A program made the translations under genes and the position numbers. Under the pieces are notes generated by a model. That model did not search any database and had not been told where the DNA came from. It saw only the letters and a program-made list of their open reading frames with translations. A DNA stretch of 64,000 bases from Stylophora pistillata (taxonomy: Eukaryota). Shown one piece after another: positions 1 to 13,303 of the stretch. Position 1 is the stretch's first letter; each line of letters begins with the position of its first letter. The stretch lies in assembly GCF_002571385.2 (NCBI RefSeq), contig NW_019217794.1, positions 1,314,116-1,378,115 of the forward strand. Reading direction: 5' to 3'.

Positions 1-113
1 TGACATTGACCTTGACATTGACCTTGACATTGACCTTGACATTGACCTTGACATTGACCTTGACATTGACCTTGACATTGACCTTGACATTGACCTTGAC
101 ATTGACATTGACC
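1..113. repeat. Tandem repeat (TGACATTGACCT)n
   Basis: About nine direct 12-bp units visible; the TLTLTL ORF is a by-product. Confidence 0.95.
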
Positions 114-315
114 AATCATTCTGACCAATCAGAATGTTCGGTTCGTTTCTTTCTTTGTACTGAATTAACTCTCTTCTGCACTGAATTAACTGAAAACTGC
201 ATACATCTTAACCAATCAGAACTGAGAATTTTTTCATGTATATTATTAGTGTTAAAACATCAGAGACAGTGAAAAAATCTCACAATTAAATACTTCTATA
301 CATGTTTATTTGAAG

Positions 316-425
316 GGCCAAACTGGCAACTATCCACCTAACACTACCAGAACGTGGGATCTTGGCTTTCTTGCAGAGGACCGTTATTTTAGACTAGAAT
401 TTCGGAGGTTCAAACTTGGACAAGG
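316..425 (+). pseudogene. Degenerate copy of the gene D first CUB exon
   Basis: Matches the reverse complement of 59003-59147 and keeps the GG|gtaag donor, but has deletions. The following Asp-rich exon has no counterpart in this arm. Confidence 0.75.
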
Positions 426-660
426 GTAAGCTTTGTGTGCGTTTAATTTGTGTAAGTTTTTATTTTTATTGTTTTTTTAAAATTTTCTTTACTGTACTAT
501 TTTTTTGTTAATCTATATCAAATCAGAAGCCTTTTCCTAACTTTTAGTCTACCATTTTCATTGTATCTACACATATCACTGACGCCATGGGAAAACCCCA
601 TGTGCGGGGACTTGATGGCTCGATAGAGTGTTAGAGTGTAAGCGTGTGGGGTTCTGTTCA

Positions 661-783
661 ACTAAGCAATCCCCTTGCCCCCCTCTATTCTCGCCCCTTG
701 CATTGATGAGGGTGCCAGATACTAAGCAATCCCCTTTCCCCCCTCTATTCTCGCCCCTTGCATTGATGAGGGTGCCAGATACT
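661..783. repeat. Near-exact 60-bp tandem duplication
   Basis: 661-720 and 721-780 are almost identical. Confidence 0.9.
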
Positions 784-2326
784 TGCCCCAAAGGTTAACT
801 CTATTCCGTTGTATCAATTTTCAGAACGTTTCAAGGGAGACGATCGTTGATGATTCCAGCTAAAGCCTTTTTTCTTACCCTTTTCAGATAATTTGTAAAG
901 TGGTCTAACCTTTTTACGCTGATAGACAGCAAGTCTATCCTGGCTGTAACTCACGCTGAGATTTCCCTTTATATGTACTAAGCTTTCTTTGATTGTTTGG
1001 AAGAATGAACAGATGATATTTGAGGATGACCTAGCTTGCTTACAAACTTTTCTCTCTTCTAAGAAATGATACCCACTCGCCATTAATGACGATGCTTTGT
1101 TTTGTTTTACTCCCCTTTAAAATGATTGTAAGACAGGTATTGACGGATACGATAAATAGTGATTTGCAAAAGTAAAGGGTTCATTGATGTAAAGTAAAAC
1201 TTGAATGGGGAGGAGATGGAAATAGCGGGTGGGGTGGGGGGGATTGAAATCGATCCTACTTGAGTCTTTGAGCCATTGACATTACCACAAAATTCTTGTG
1301 TGTGATGAATAATTACTTTTAATCACCATTTATCCTATTGAAGGCTTAAAATTGAAATAAACTGAGGGCATTGCCGACGACAGCTTTAACTTAATTTTAA
1401 CAGTATTGGTAGCCAAATCCAAATTAAGTTTCCAAAACCTAGAATGACTTACATAATAATAACAAGATAATGAATACTATAATGTTACCTTGAGAATATC
1501 AAAATGCATACTTTGAAACACCTCTTAGCTTATTTGTCTTCTATTTCTTCGGCTGTGCCCTTTACTGGTTATTTCTTCCACAAGGGTAAGTTGTTTATTG
1601 AAGAGATGTCTTTGAAGTCAAGAGTACGACACATACAGAAAAATCAAGCTGAATTACAGATTACATCTGCGACAGTATGCGAGAAATGACCTCTCAGAAA
1701 TAGTCGATGTCTTCTAAACTAGTGTGGATCGCCCTTGTCAATCTTGGGAACACACGAAGTTGTCGTTTGTTTACATATTGATTTCTCATCAACAACGATA
1801 TGAATTCCCCTTTTATTAATCATTTAAGTTTCAAGTCAATGTACGTTGCATCTCTAATATGCCTTTTTTTCCACTTTACTCCATTCAAGAGGGGGCGTTT
1901 CTAATTTCCCATTGAAAACTTTGACAATAAATCCCGCACGTGCGTTGTGTCAACCTCATGCAAAAAATGGATCAATTTTTTCTCATTATTTCAACGTACA
2001 CTTTTCAAACTGCAACAATGTAAAAATCTTGACTGTCATCAACATTAATAATTAAAGAGAAATGCGTCTCATAAAAGCGTGCGGAAGAACAACCGGACTT
2101 TAGGGCAGAGTAATAAACATCGAATGAAATGTTATCGCGTGATTTTTCAAAAGCGTTCATTCTATAGGCATCAGTCATCACTTTCCTTTTCCTGGGCCTG
2201 AAACGAAAACGTATTGGCCAAGTTTACGTTTGTGGAGCAAATAATGTGATGTTACACTTTCTATGATTGGTGAAAGCCAATCCTTTAACAAAATGATTGG
2301 CTCCTTTAAAATATATATACATAATA

Positions 2327-2416
2327 TATAAAGATGAGTTTCTGGGGTCGGACTAGTTCAAAAACATTTAATTAAATGTTTTTGAACTAGTCCGACTCCA
2401 GAAACTCACCTTTATA
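2327..2416. repeat. 90-bp loopless palindrome
   Basis: Arms are self-complementary around 2371/2372 with two mismatches; absent from the mirror arm. Confidence 0.9.
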
Positions 2417-2419
2417 AAA

Positions 2420-2960
2420 TATTAAATAAATAATGGACTTATATAGCGTCATATCCGACTGCTATGTGGCGCTTTATAATACTGAGTTAAAAAGATAATG
2501 ACTACAATTGATTAAAGACAAAATAATGAAACGAAAGCTTTTTTAAAAAGGTAAGTCTTTAGAAATTTCTTAAAAGCTGCCAAAGAAAAACCAGGCTGTC
2601 TCATATGAATGGGCAGAGCATTCCACAACCGTGGGGCAGCCCCCGCGAAAGCTCTGTTACCATAAGACTTTTGAATAGACCTTGGGACAACCAGAAGAAA
2701 CTGTTTGGATGACCTGAGACTACGACTGGGGATATACGGTGTTAGCAAATCACTAAGATAAGAAGAGGCTAAATTATTCAGAGATTTAAAAACCAACAAC
2801 AAGATCTTAAAAGCAATGCGATGCTCTACTGGTAACCAATGGAGCTCCGAAAGTAATGATGAAGTATGACCAAATTTAGGACAACGCTTAACAAGACGAG
2901 CGGCACAGTTCTGTACAGACTGTGGCCTCTGAGTCTGGAATTTTTGTAGCCCGTATAAAA
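2420..2960 (-). mobile_element. 5'-truncated LINE (L2/CR1 group), ORF2 C-terminus and 3' tail
   Basis: ORF 2512-3024 has VQNCAARLV, LHWLPV, YLSDLL, RSLRSS, APRLWNALP and FKKFLKTYLF, typical of the post-RT region. Absent from the mirror arm. Confidence 0.85.
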
Positions 2961-4057
2961 GGGCATCTTTATTCACCGCTCTGGTCTTACCATCGAGCAC
3001 TTTTATTGCAGATGAAGCCTTCATTTTCAGTTACCACTGGTAGTCATACATGATATATATGTACATAATTGTCTAGGGTTTGAGAGAAAAAGTGAAAAGC
3101 TTTTCAAGTCACCGTGAGCTGATGGCAAGTGTCCGACCAGCTTTTCGATTCATGGTCATGGGTTGGCTGATCACGCTAATTAATCTATAAAAAATTTATT
3201 TACCATTCGTCGAAGGAATGAAATTTGTCCACTATTCATTGATGAGCTTTTCTTTAATGAAAATATTCCAATGATCTTTATAAAAAATTGCGGAAGAGCA
3301 ACATGCCATAATACGAACGCGCTTAAAATAGATTGGTCATAAAGCTAGATGGCTCAGTAGACTTTTCTTAGGTAGTGTCCAAAGATTAANNNNNNNNNNN
3401 NNNNNNNNNNNNNNNNNNNNNNNNNNNNNNNNNNNNNNNNNNNNNNNNNNNNNNNNNNNNNNNNNNNNNNNNNNNNNNNNNNNNNNNNNNNNNNNNNNNN
3501 NNNNNNNNNNNNNNNNNNNNNNNNNNNNNNNNNNNNNNNNNNNNNNNNNNNNNNNNNNNNNNNNNNNNNNNNNNNNNNNNNNNNNNNNNNNNNNNNNNNN
3601 NNNNNNNNNNNNNNNNNNNNNNNNNNNNNNNNNNNNNNNNNNNNNNNNNNNNNNNNNNNNNNNNNNNNNNNNNNNNNNNNNNNNNNNNNNNNNNNNNNNN
3701 NNNNNNNNNNNNNNNNNNNNNNNNNNNNNNNNNNNNNNNNNNNNNNNNNNNNNNNNNNNNNNNNNNNNNNNNNNNNNNNNNNNNNNNNNNNNNNNNNNNN
3801 NNNNNNNNNNNNNNNNNNNNNNNNNNNNNNNNNNNNNNNNNNNNNNNNNNNNNNNNNNNNNNNNGGAGGGAGGTGGAATTGGGTGAAAAGCAATCTCTCC
3901 AAGTGAGAAACTAAAACAAAATATTTGCCAGTGCTAATATTTTTACCCCTTTTCCGATGAAAAAACTCTTTCAGCCATTTTTTTAAGATCTACCATTTTG
4001 CGCATAAACTTCTTCCCCCTTAATCCTCGAGAACATCATGAAAAAGAAGCTAGTTAC

Positions 4058-7000
4058 CTTGTGCAACTCGGTAAGTGGCATCAAATCCTTTAAAAGTGAT
4101 AATCTTGTCGGACTTGAAATTAATCGATATCTGTTCGCCATTTCCCAGGATGTATACTCGAGGCAGGAATGGAAAACCATGGTATTTTGTCATTCCGAAT
4201 CCATAACGGAATTTTTTCATCCAATCGTCGTCGTCATCATCGTCGTCATCGTCATCATCGTCATCGTCATCATCACAATCGTCATCCAAGAAATCGTCGT
4301 GTCTCCCTGTAAACCACGAATAAGCCCCGTATATGCCACTCAAACTACGTATCTCCCGAAAGCCACGGAGAATCTTGACGTGATCAAAACTACACAAAAG
4401 GGGAAAAAAAGCTTTACTAACAGTTATGAAACCAAGTTACATTACATACACAACGAAAGTATGAAATTCACATATCTGAAGTGCATTTATAGAAACGTAT
4501 TTGCACGATTCTCACAGTAAAGAGTACTATTCAAGAAATAGTGAAAATCGGACCTGAAAAAATTCAGGCCTGTAGCTCAATTGGTTGTACTAGTATCGCA
4601 GAGATCAGTGGTTCGAATCCCATACGGGCCTGAATTTTTTCAGGTCTGATTTTCATTATTACTTATATAGTGCTCTTTACTGCGAAGACCGTGCAAATAC
4701 GTTGCATTGCATAGTATATTATTTTCTTTTGTGCTTTTGAAATCAAGATAAAAGAGGAAAACTGACAATCGCGCCCATAAACTTGTGGAAGCTGGATACG
4801 AAATATCTGGAAAATTTTCAGTTAAACGTCTGGTTTAGCCAAGTTACTTTAAAACAGAACCATACGTATAAGATATAATTCAAAAGAAAAGGGAGATACG
4901 AGGATAGCGTTTTTTGCGTGCCCTTCCCAAGGTAAGTAAAGTTTACCTCTTTTATGAAAGTATTGAAATGATTAAGGTTTTCAAGATTTCTTTGTTTTGT
5001 ATGGTCTTAATAGTTCTATCATAGTTTGAGCAGTTCTCAATGTGACCCTAGGCTTTTATTTCCGAACCTCGAGCTGACACAGAAGCGTTTTGGGAAATAA
5101 TAAGGGCCACGTCATTTCACATGATTTGATGATTTCCATTTCCTCCTTTCACTACAACTTGATGAAGAACAATCAACTTACCACCGTTCTGTTTCAAAGG
5201 CGCGGAAATTCAAAACCAAAGTTGATCCAAGAGGAACAGTGATAGTCCATTTACATTCAACATTGTTCGGATAATTTGCTGGAAAACCGGGAGAAGTAAG
5301 GTTCCCGGATGGTGAAGCCAGAGGACCGCCACATAGGGCTAATAGAAAGAATAGATTGTTAAGGCAAGGAGATTTAGGAGATGGATTGTCAAGAGGTAAT
5401 AATTAAACCTCTACAACATAAGAATCAGATTACGTATTTGTCATACAATTCTTAAAACATTTCCTGAGCCGTTGACAAGGACAATTTGCCTAACAATCAA
5501 AAGCTTCTCTTCATCTTAATGTGTGATACAGGGGTATTATTTCTATTATTATCATCAACAAATGTCGTGATCAGTATTAAAATTACCAGCAGATATCAAC
5601 TTAGGATTGCTGTATCTTTATTGTTTTGGATGATCTCTTGATTGTATTGATGTATCATCACAGTTATTACCTTTCCCCATGGTGTAATGGGCAAAGAATC
5701 CTCTCCTTGTCACCCATGGATCGGATTTGAACACAATCCTCACGGGTTCCCCATTACCGTGAACGGAGACAACTTTTGCTTTTCTGTCTGCTCTCAGAGG
5801 CTCGGCAAACATGTAATTTCTCTTTCCATTCTTGTCATAGTTATCATCATCATCATCGTCATCATCATCGTCATCACACTCGTCGTCGTCGTTCTCATCA
5901 TTTCTATCCTTGAAATATTTGTTGTCATCAGATTCCCCTCCTTGAGTCAGACGACGGATCAGCCTTCTTCCCTGATAGACTTTCACCAAATCATAGCTGC
6001 AATAAATAAGAAATTATAATACTGAGGAGAACAATAATAATAACGATGGTGATGATATTGATAATGATGACGATGATGATAATTTTAATAACAATGGTAG
6101 CGATATTCATAACGCGAACAAATATGATATTGTTGGGATAACTATGAGAATAATAGTGGTTATGATGTTGATAATAACGATTATGATAATCAGAGCAATA
6201 ATAACGATAGTGGTATTCATAATCAGAACCAAAATGGTATTGTAAGGATAACTATGATCATAATAAGAATGGTGATGATATTGATAATGATGACGATGTT
6301 GATTTATAGTAATATTAATTGTAGTCATGTTAACAATGAGAACAAAAACTTATATTAGTTGTCGAGAGATTTTAAGTTATTTGGTTGTTTTCCACTTCCC
6401 TTGACATTGAATACTGTAAATCGCATCGACTCTAGTTGATTTTGTGGTTCGTGATTTTCTAGAGGAAGTTTTCGCAATTGAATGAGCAATCCAAAAGCAT
6501 TTCAAAACATCACGGGTGACAATGAATGCAAGAGCAGGCAATGTATAATTTTTTTAAATTACATCTTTTAAGTAACAAATCCACTTTCTGAAGCCGCTTT
6601 AAAAGCACTTTTCAACCGTTGAAAAAAATGCCTGTATATTTCACCTTTAAATCTATCATTTCATACCATATATGTGTCGAGAAAGGTTATGGTTTATACA
6701 CTAAGACTTCTTAATTACGTAAAAGAGCTTCAAATTTCAAAGGAGCACAATATTGGAATCCCTTCTGACGCTTTGCAAACTCGGTGTTAATGCAGAGAGG
6801 AAAAAGGAAGGCAGATAAAGAAAAGAAGGCATAAAAAGAAAAACTGAGGTCATAACCAAAACAGGTTTTGACTCACCAAGGCTCTGTTTCGAAGAAGAGA
6901 AAGTCAATCCTGAATTGTGAGCCCGAAGGTACCGTTACGGTCCACACACAATACGCGTTGCTGGGGTAGTTACCAGGGTAATTAGGAGATGCTAAGTTCC

Positions 7001-9179
7001 CGGATGGGCCGACTAAAGCACCACCGCACTGCCCTGGGGCCACTGAAAGAGTTCAAAGAAGAATTGAACGTTAATAAAAGGTAAAACATATTTATCTATT
7101 TAACGACAAAGCTACAAATTTCAAATATTCTTATTCTGTTTGATTACTCCTAATAAATGATTAATTTTTGATCAAGTTAGCCGGTTCCATCTTCATGCAG
7201 AAGACACAGGACACGTCACAATAAAACACAGTCTCATTGACCTATTATTTTCATCGTTTTCCTCTTTTGTCTTTTAATTCCCTTCTGTTTTAGGTCAACG
7301 GTCTTCTGCACCAAGTCATGAGCGAGTTAGCTTTGGTCGCGCACTTGCATGCTCCTCAGACATGAAAGGGATTTGTCAATGGTTAGCAAAGGAATGTAGA
7401 GGTATACACCAATTAACAGGGCCTCTGGCTTGAATCCATGTTAGGTCTATGCGCTTCTTTGAAAACCTCGCAGCTTATGTTAAGCTTTTATTCATCACTA
7501 GTAGAGAATGATTATTATGAAAAGCCGTTAACTGTATGGCTATTTTTAAAGTAAAATGCTTAGCGACATTTAAGCGATTCATAAAATAATTCCTCAGCTT
7601 CACCTGGTCGAGGAGGCGGTCTTGTGGTTGGACCAGGAAAAGGTAATGACTGTGTCACTATGATGTGCGCCAGCACAAACTACGGAAAAATAACAAGAGA
7701 AAATGATTACTGCTTCTCTACACTGTTTGCTAGGAGAAATATAATAAGTTACATTGTCTATTGTAATTATATGACTTTGTGTAAGCGTTTGTTTAGATAG
7801 TGTAACACCGCATTATTTCGCTCAGTATGACAATGTAAAATGTAAATAATATTCATTAGCCAAATATCGCTCTCTCATTTTATGATTTTTTTTTTTATGT
7901 GTTTCTATAAAAGTAAAACTGTTCTACTGGAAATCAATCCATTTTGTTTTCTTGGCGTTGTACATGATTTGTAACAATTTATTCAACTTTTCAATTTACA
8001 TAAGTAGATTGGCCAATCATCTTTGAATGTTATAGCATTTACTACAGTCAAACTGGGGAGCTAATATAGTGTTCTGATAGGTTTAAATAAGTCAGTCATT
8101 CTACTAAAAGTTTCAAACGATCAACCGTTCTCAAGCTGAGCTTAGTAGAGGAATATATCAATTAAAATGCCTAGAAAAGTTAACTCTAGTATCAGTAAGA
8201 ATTGAAGCTATTCAGAGAGACACGTCTTGAACTCGTAAGATTACAATGCTTGAAATTGAATAAACCTTAGACAAAAAAGCAAAGCTAAACAAAATCCAAA
8301 CTAAAACAAAAACTAAAGGGAATATCAAAGTAGCCTTTCTGCATAGAACCATCATTCGTTGTGCACTTTGGTGGAAAATGCATTTTGTAATTGTATCGGC
8401 AATTTCCTTTGAGGCTTGAAAATCGAGAATGTGATACTGAAGTAAGCATATACAAGCCATATTGCAATCGCTCGAATAAGTACCTGAAGTAATTGATAGA
8501 TAGCATAATTATGTGTTTTGTTACGGCAGTAATTTGCTCGCTCAGTAGAAACTTTTTTCTGGTTAATTATTATTATTTCTTTGATGGTAACAGGACAAAA
8601 ACTGAAATTGAGAGCTTCATGAAGGAAACGACATTGACTCTTGGCTCCTATGGCCTATAGCATAATAGATTTTCGCTATTGCATAAATAGCGCTATCTAC
8701 TGCGAGGATCGTGCATCATACGTATCTAATACCGCAGTTCAAAATACAAGAACTTCTTATATTCATTGTATCTCATTTATCACTTTCACGGGTTTATTAC
8801 GAATCAACTTAACGGCCTGCTCCCAGTTGGCTTGTTAGCTCAATTGGTAGAGCGCTGCACTAGTATCGCAGAGGTCAGTGGCTCGAGTCCCGTACAGGCC
8901 TGATTTTTTTCGGGTCTGATTTTCGCTATTGCATAAATAGCGCTATCTACTGCGAGGATCGTGCATCATACGTATAATAGCATTGGTAAGTCATCCTAAC
9001 TACTAGCCGGTTTACCTCTAGAGTAATGCTTCCTCTACCTTATCCATGACCTAGAGCTAATTGACCACTGAATTTACGGAAAATGCTTAAGATCAACACT
9101 TCCAAAGTCTCTTGAAAACAATCGGAAGAAAATGATATATTTTAAGGCTTACCGTCAATGCAGTTACAGGAACCTTCAT
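4058..9179 (-). CDS. Gene A: secreted two-CUB protein with Asp-rich loop insertions (terminal exon unresolved)
   Basis: Exons 9179-9153, 7679-7604, 7042-6877, 5996-5671, 5338-5182 and 4389-4058 have GT-AG borders and join in frame. Signal-like N-terminus MKVPVTALTFVLAHIIVTQS. CUB motifs CGG..SPNYPGNYP..CVW..F..E.C.D..FKSD...RGF.A.Y. Confidence 0.85.
4497..4701. mobile_element. tRNA-like repeat flanked by ~75-bp inverted repeats
   Basis: 4497-4573 is complementary to 4627-4701. The core has A-box (TAGCTCAATTGG) and B-box (GGTTCGAATCC) motifs. Absent from the mirror arm. Confidence 0.7.
6010..6335. repeat. Degenerate (GAT/AAT)n low-complexity tract in gene A intron 3
   Basis: Trinucleotide-periodic AT-rich tract visible directly. 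Confidence 0.8.
8668..8974 (+). mobile_element. tRNA-like repeat with ~57-bp direct terminal repeats and ATAATAG target duplication
   Basis: 8668-8724 equals 8918-8974. tRNA-like core TAGCTCAATTGGTAGAGC...GCTCGAGTCC. The empty site is seen at ~47658-47675. Confidence 0.8.
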
Positions 9180-9245
9180 CTTCGCTTGACAGCTTGCTAC
9201 GGTTCCTTCTTTACTCATTTCTCCGAAATGCTTGAGTTAACTGCG

Positions 9246-9252
9246 TTTTATA
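9246..9252 (-). promoter_or_regulatory. TATA box of gene A
   Basis: TATAAAA about 70 nt upstream of the ATG, conserved at 47387-47393. Confidence 0.6.
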
Positions 9253-12200
9253 TGCCCCACAGATCAATGATATGGTTCTCCAACTGGACAGAAATATGCG
9301 GTGTTTTCCTCCACTTAAAAATTCAAGTGCCGGTGTGGCCTTTGCGGATTCACCGTTCCGCTACAAATTAAAGATAGCTGTATTAATCCTTAAACTCTAA
9401 CCATGATTTAAAGGCAGACAGTGTGGCTACGTGGAGAAATGAGTTCATGGCCATTTGAACAACTTTATTGCTTTCTGTAATGTATCGAACCTTTTAAAAC
9501 TGTTGAAGTTCAGTTGGGGTTAGGGGGGAACCACTTTTGTTTACAAAGCCAATATTAATTGCCAAGTACTCGGAATGATTTGATCAACCGCAAACTTGAG
9601 GAATATCCTCTAGCTAAGCCCAATAACGTAAACGATGTCGGCATACAGTCTGTGATGTTTCCTGCAAAACCTAAACTATTTCGTAGTTAACTATATAGTT
9701 GAAGGGTGCAATGGATAGCTTGAATTGTTGTTAAAGAACTGTCGATCCATTTAACGGTTGAATATATTTAGCTGTCAAAGTGCAAAAACAAATGTACCTC
9801 TTTTGTTGTTTAATTAATGACATCATTCCCCTTAGACTGATGACGCAAACCTGGTTTTTTCATTATTTTTTTTATTCCTGTTCTCCGGCTGAGAAGCGAG
9901 TGTCTTTAAAGTGTTAAAAAATTAGATGAATCGAAAAGAGAATGGCCAATATCTTATGCTGCAGACGTAATGGGTAGACGTTGGTTAAAAGCAATATAAA
10001 TGATAAAACCTTTAAAAAAAGGATTATTTAACAAACAAACAAAGAGCGGAAGAAAATGGTTTGATGCGCCGGCTCCTCCTTAAGCCCCAAAAAACTAAGA
10101 TAACGTGTATCTTTAAATTTTGTTTACATTTGGAAATTTACGACAAAGGTCGGAAACATGATGCAAGCTATTCCTCAAATCAGTATGGCTCGAAGAGACA
10201 AATATCCAAGGATTTTATTGGCATCCTTTGGGACAGGTTATATTTTCAGACGCTATTTTTGGTCTTATCACGAATATCACCGGGGGACAATCGGTTTTTA
10301 CCTTATCGCAGCAGGAAAAGTATACGATACAGCTTCTGCATCGTAATTCTTGTTTTGAAAGAGTGTAAACAAAAGCATACCCAGTGCATGGTAATGGGAA
10401 AGGAAGTCCTTAAAATAAGAAACTGAAGAAGTGATAAACCACGAAAAATGTTGTTCCCCGGCATCCAGTCAAACGAGAGTTTTGTCGAGTGCATTTCAAG
10501 GGCAAAAATATTGGCACCGATTTATCGAACAGTGCCTCATTTGAAGATAATTCACGGGAAAAAATTAATCCTAAATAGTCAAACAAGATCCTCGTGGAGG
10601 TTTCAAATAAGTGAAGGTCTATTTGACTGTAGAATTCTGAGAAATTAATAGCCCAGCGCTGTTCTGTTCATTTTTCGGAAAGAAAAAATGATTTATCTAT
10701 TAATCAAACAGCTGTCTACGTGATTCATCTGATTAACGAATGATATTATGGTGAATTGATGAATAAATATTAATAAATATTGTGGATAAATATTAATAAA
10801 CGTGATTTAAGCTGTTAACTAGACTTTAAACTATCAGGAATAGTAAGAAAAGCCAATAATTATGGGTGATTAGATGGAAATATATTTGTGTCAGCTTGTA
10901 AGACGTCGTTCCAGTTTTTTTTTTTTAATCTTTTCTTAAGACTAATATTCTGGTCTTCTTCATCTGCAAGTCGTAATGAATCATTTTAAAAGATACTGAT
11001 TTTCCCGAAAGAGATTATTTCTGTAATGATGATAAATTGGAAGTTAAGAATTCAAACGAAGAAAAGTACGTCATCTATCTTGTGTTCCATTTTTAGAAGA
11101 TCTTACTACGTTGAGTCGTGACAGAGTTAATGAAATCCGATAGCCTATTAAGCTCTTGTCCAAAATCTAGCCAAGACAAGTTAAGATTAAACTATCATTA
11201 ATGATATGAAATATCTGCCGGATCACAGAAGATAGAACTGTCTATTGCTAAATTTCAGTTCATAAAGTAAAACCTATCAGTTACTTTCAGATGCATAGTC
11301 AAATTATGTTATGACAATCAGAAAAAATAGCCTTGCTAGAACTTTTGCAGACCGAAGCAGTCGAAATACCATAGCAGATCCAGTAGCTAAGAGGATATTG
11401 CAATCAGCAGGCCTCGAACTTTAATTCATTGTAATGAAACGTCACTTTCCTTTCACTCTGACCACATTTTAAGTCCAGATTGTTTAAACTGATTTATATT
11501 GGTTGATCATATCACCTAAAATATGAAGCAACTACGCACATTTGAAACTGAATATTTCATTATTGATGTATGAGCCCTGTATGGAAACTTTTATCTTTCT
11601 CTTCAAAATGGTGTGCTTTCAAACTCTTGATGAAATCAGTCGACAGAAAGGCTAGACAACCGTTGACTGTTTCTAGTTAAGGAGGTTAAAGGGGGCTTTG
11701 AATGGAGAAACACTATTTACTGTCTACAATGATGCAAATGCCTTCTAAGAGCAATACATAGAATTTCCGCAACTTCTGCAGGCCAAAAATAATATATATT
11801 TGTTATTTATCGTAAGAGTGACAGGAGAATAGGTCGACCAGGAGTTGTTCTTGGTACAAGAAGATGGGAAAAAAAAGAAAAGTAACAACAAAAAAGCGAT
11901 TAAAATAACAAACAAACCGAGAAGCAAATTCTTCAAATGAACAGTTTAACAGATATCTGAATTTTTATCTCCGACGCTTGCTCTACCCATTAGTTCAATG
12001 AATATTTTGCACATTTTGTTTATCGATCTTAAGGTCATTTACCGGACTTTATTGTGGTGTGAAAGCGCTTTTCAAGACAGCCGAGGAATTCTCAGATTTA
12101 AAAAGAACTATTCAGAAAGTCGAAGAAAGAAAACTGTTTGTTTATAAGGCGTGTTATTAATATCAACCGGGTCCAACCCGGGGTGATTCATTTTCATTGT

Positions 12201-13303
12201 TTGCTTTCTCTCGTCTGAACCTCAAACCCAAACAATCGACCTAAATATAATTGATGATTGTCAAGTCTCGATGGATTGTTGTGGAACGTTTATATTTAAA
12301 AGTAGAACTATACCAGCAATTTCGCCAAAATATTGATGTAAACTGTTGAAATGTTCAATTGAAAGTGTTATCATGACATTAAGATCATTATTAGAATTGA
12401 TTATAATTTTGGAGTCGGACAAAAAATAATTCAGCTCGTGAAATCCTTTCGATACTTTTCTAAATTAGGAGGCTCCAACTCGGAAGTCCTAATAGGTTGT
12501 TTTAGTGAAGTGGAAGAGTACCGAAAAAGCCAATGGCCCTCACTACGCATTAAGTGTATATTTGTTGTGAGGAATTGTGACGCGCTATAGATCTGAGAGA
12601 TCCTCTCAAATGCTTCCTAATTATCCTGGTTCGGTGGCAGCTTGGATGTTTTATTTATATATACTTCTCGGTAAAGTTCGAATAAACTGCAATATTTCTA
12701 TAATTAGAGCTTGTTTGTCCCTTCGATTTGTCAAATGTCTCCTCCAAAAAAATTCATAAAGAGGTTAGTAGTTAAATTAAATTTTGTGATTCAGTGATAA
12801 GTTTCAGCATATCCGAACAATTTAAAGCAATCTGGTATAATCTAGCAAAGAAATATAACATCCCCTCTCAAAAGAATGTTTTTTTCCCCTCTCCATTATG
12901 TAAATTAAATTCAATAGCCTTTGGTCTTGTTTCCTTCCATAGCAATATTCATCACTCGAAGCTTCAAGAGCCACAGAGATTTTTATGTAAATTATTTTAC
13001 GCGACAAAATGGGGCAAAGCCCCTTTTCAGTATTGATGCCGGTGATGTGTTTACCGAGTAAAATATTATTGACGCCGATAAAAACCTACTGAGGGAAAAA
13101 GGTTCAATTAGAAGTAATACTAAGGACTAGGATTGATGGCGATTAACTTGGTATAGCTGCAAAAATTTGCAAGAGTCCCACTATATCATCAAATTTTCTG
13201 ATCGGCTGATAGACTATATATATCGTGTTTATAAATCAAGTATCAAACCTGGCCATCTTCAGAAGACCTAAGGTGTGTAGCAAGACAACTTTACGGACGA
13301 CGG

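Noticed and set aside
1-113. Telomere or Thr-Leu repeat protein
   Set aside because: Not TTAGGG; a simple 12-bp tandem repeat with no coding support.
3354-3902. Long ORFs filled with X (also 17557, 17575, 28762, 49696, 51617, 55461)
   Set aside because: They run through N gaps; only the parts matching exons or TE remnants are meaningful.
4038-4520. Hydrophobic Ile/Val-rich ORFs (also 5687, 30295, 52697, 54195, 59628)
   Set aside because: Antisense readings of GAT/GAC or Thr-repeat exons, not membrane proteins.
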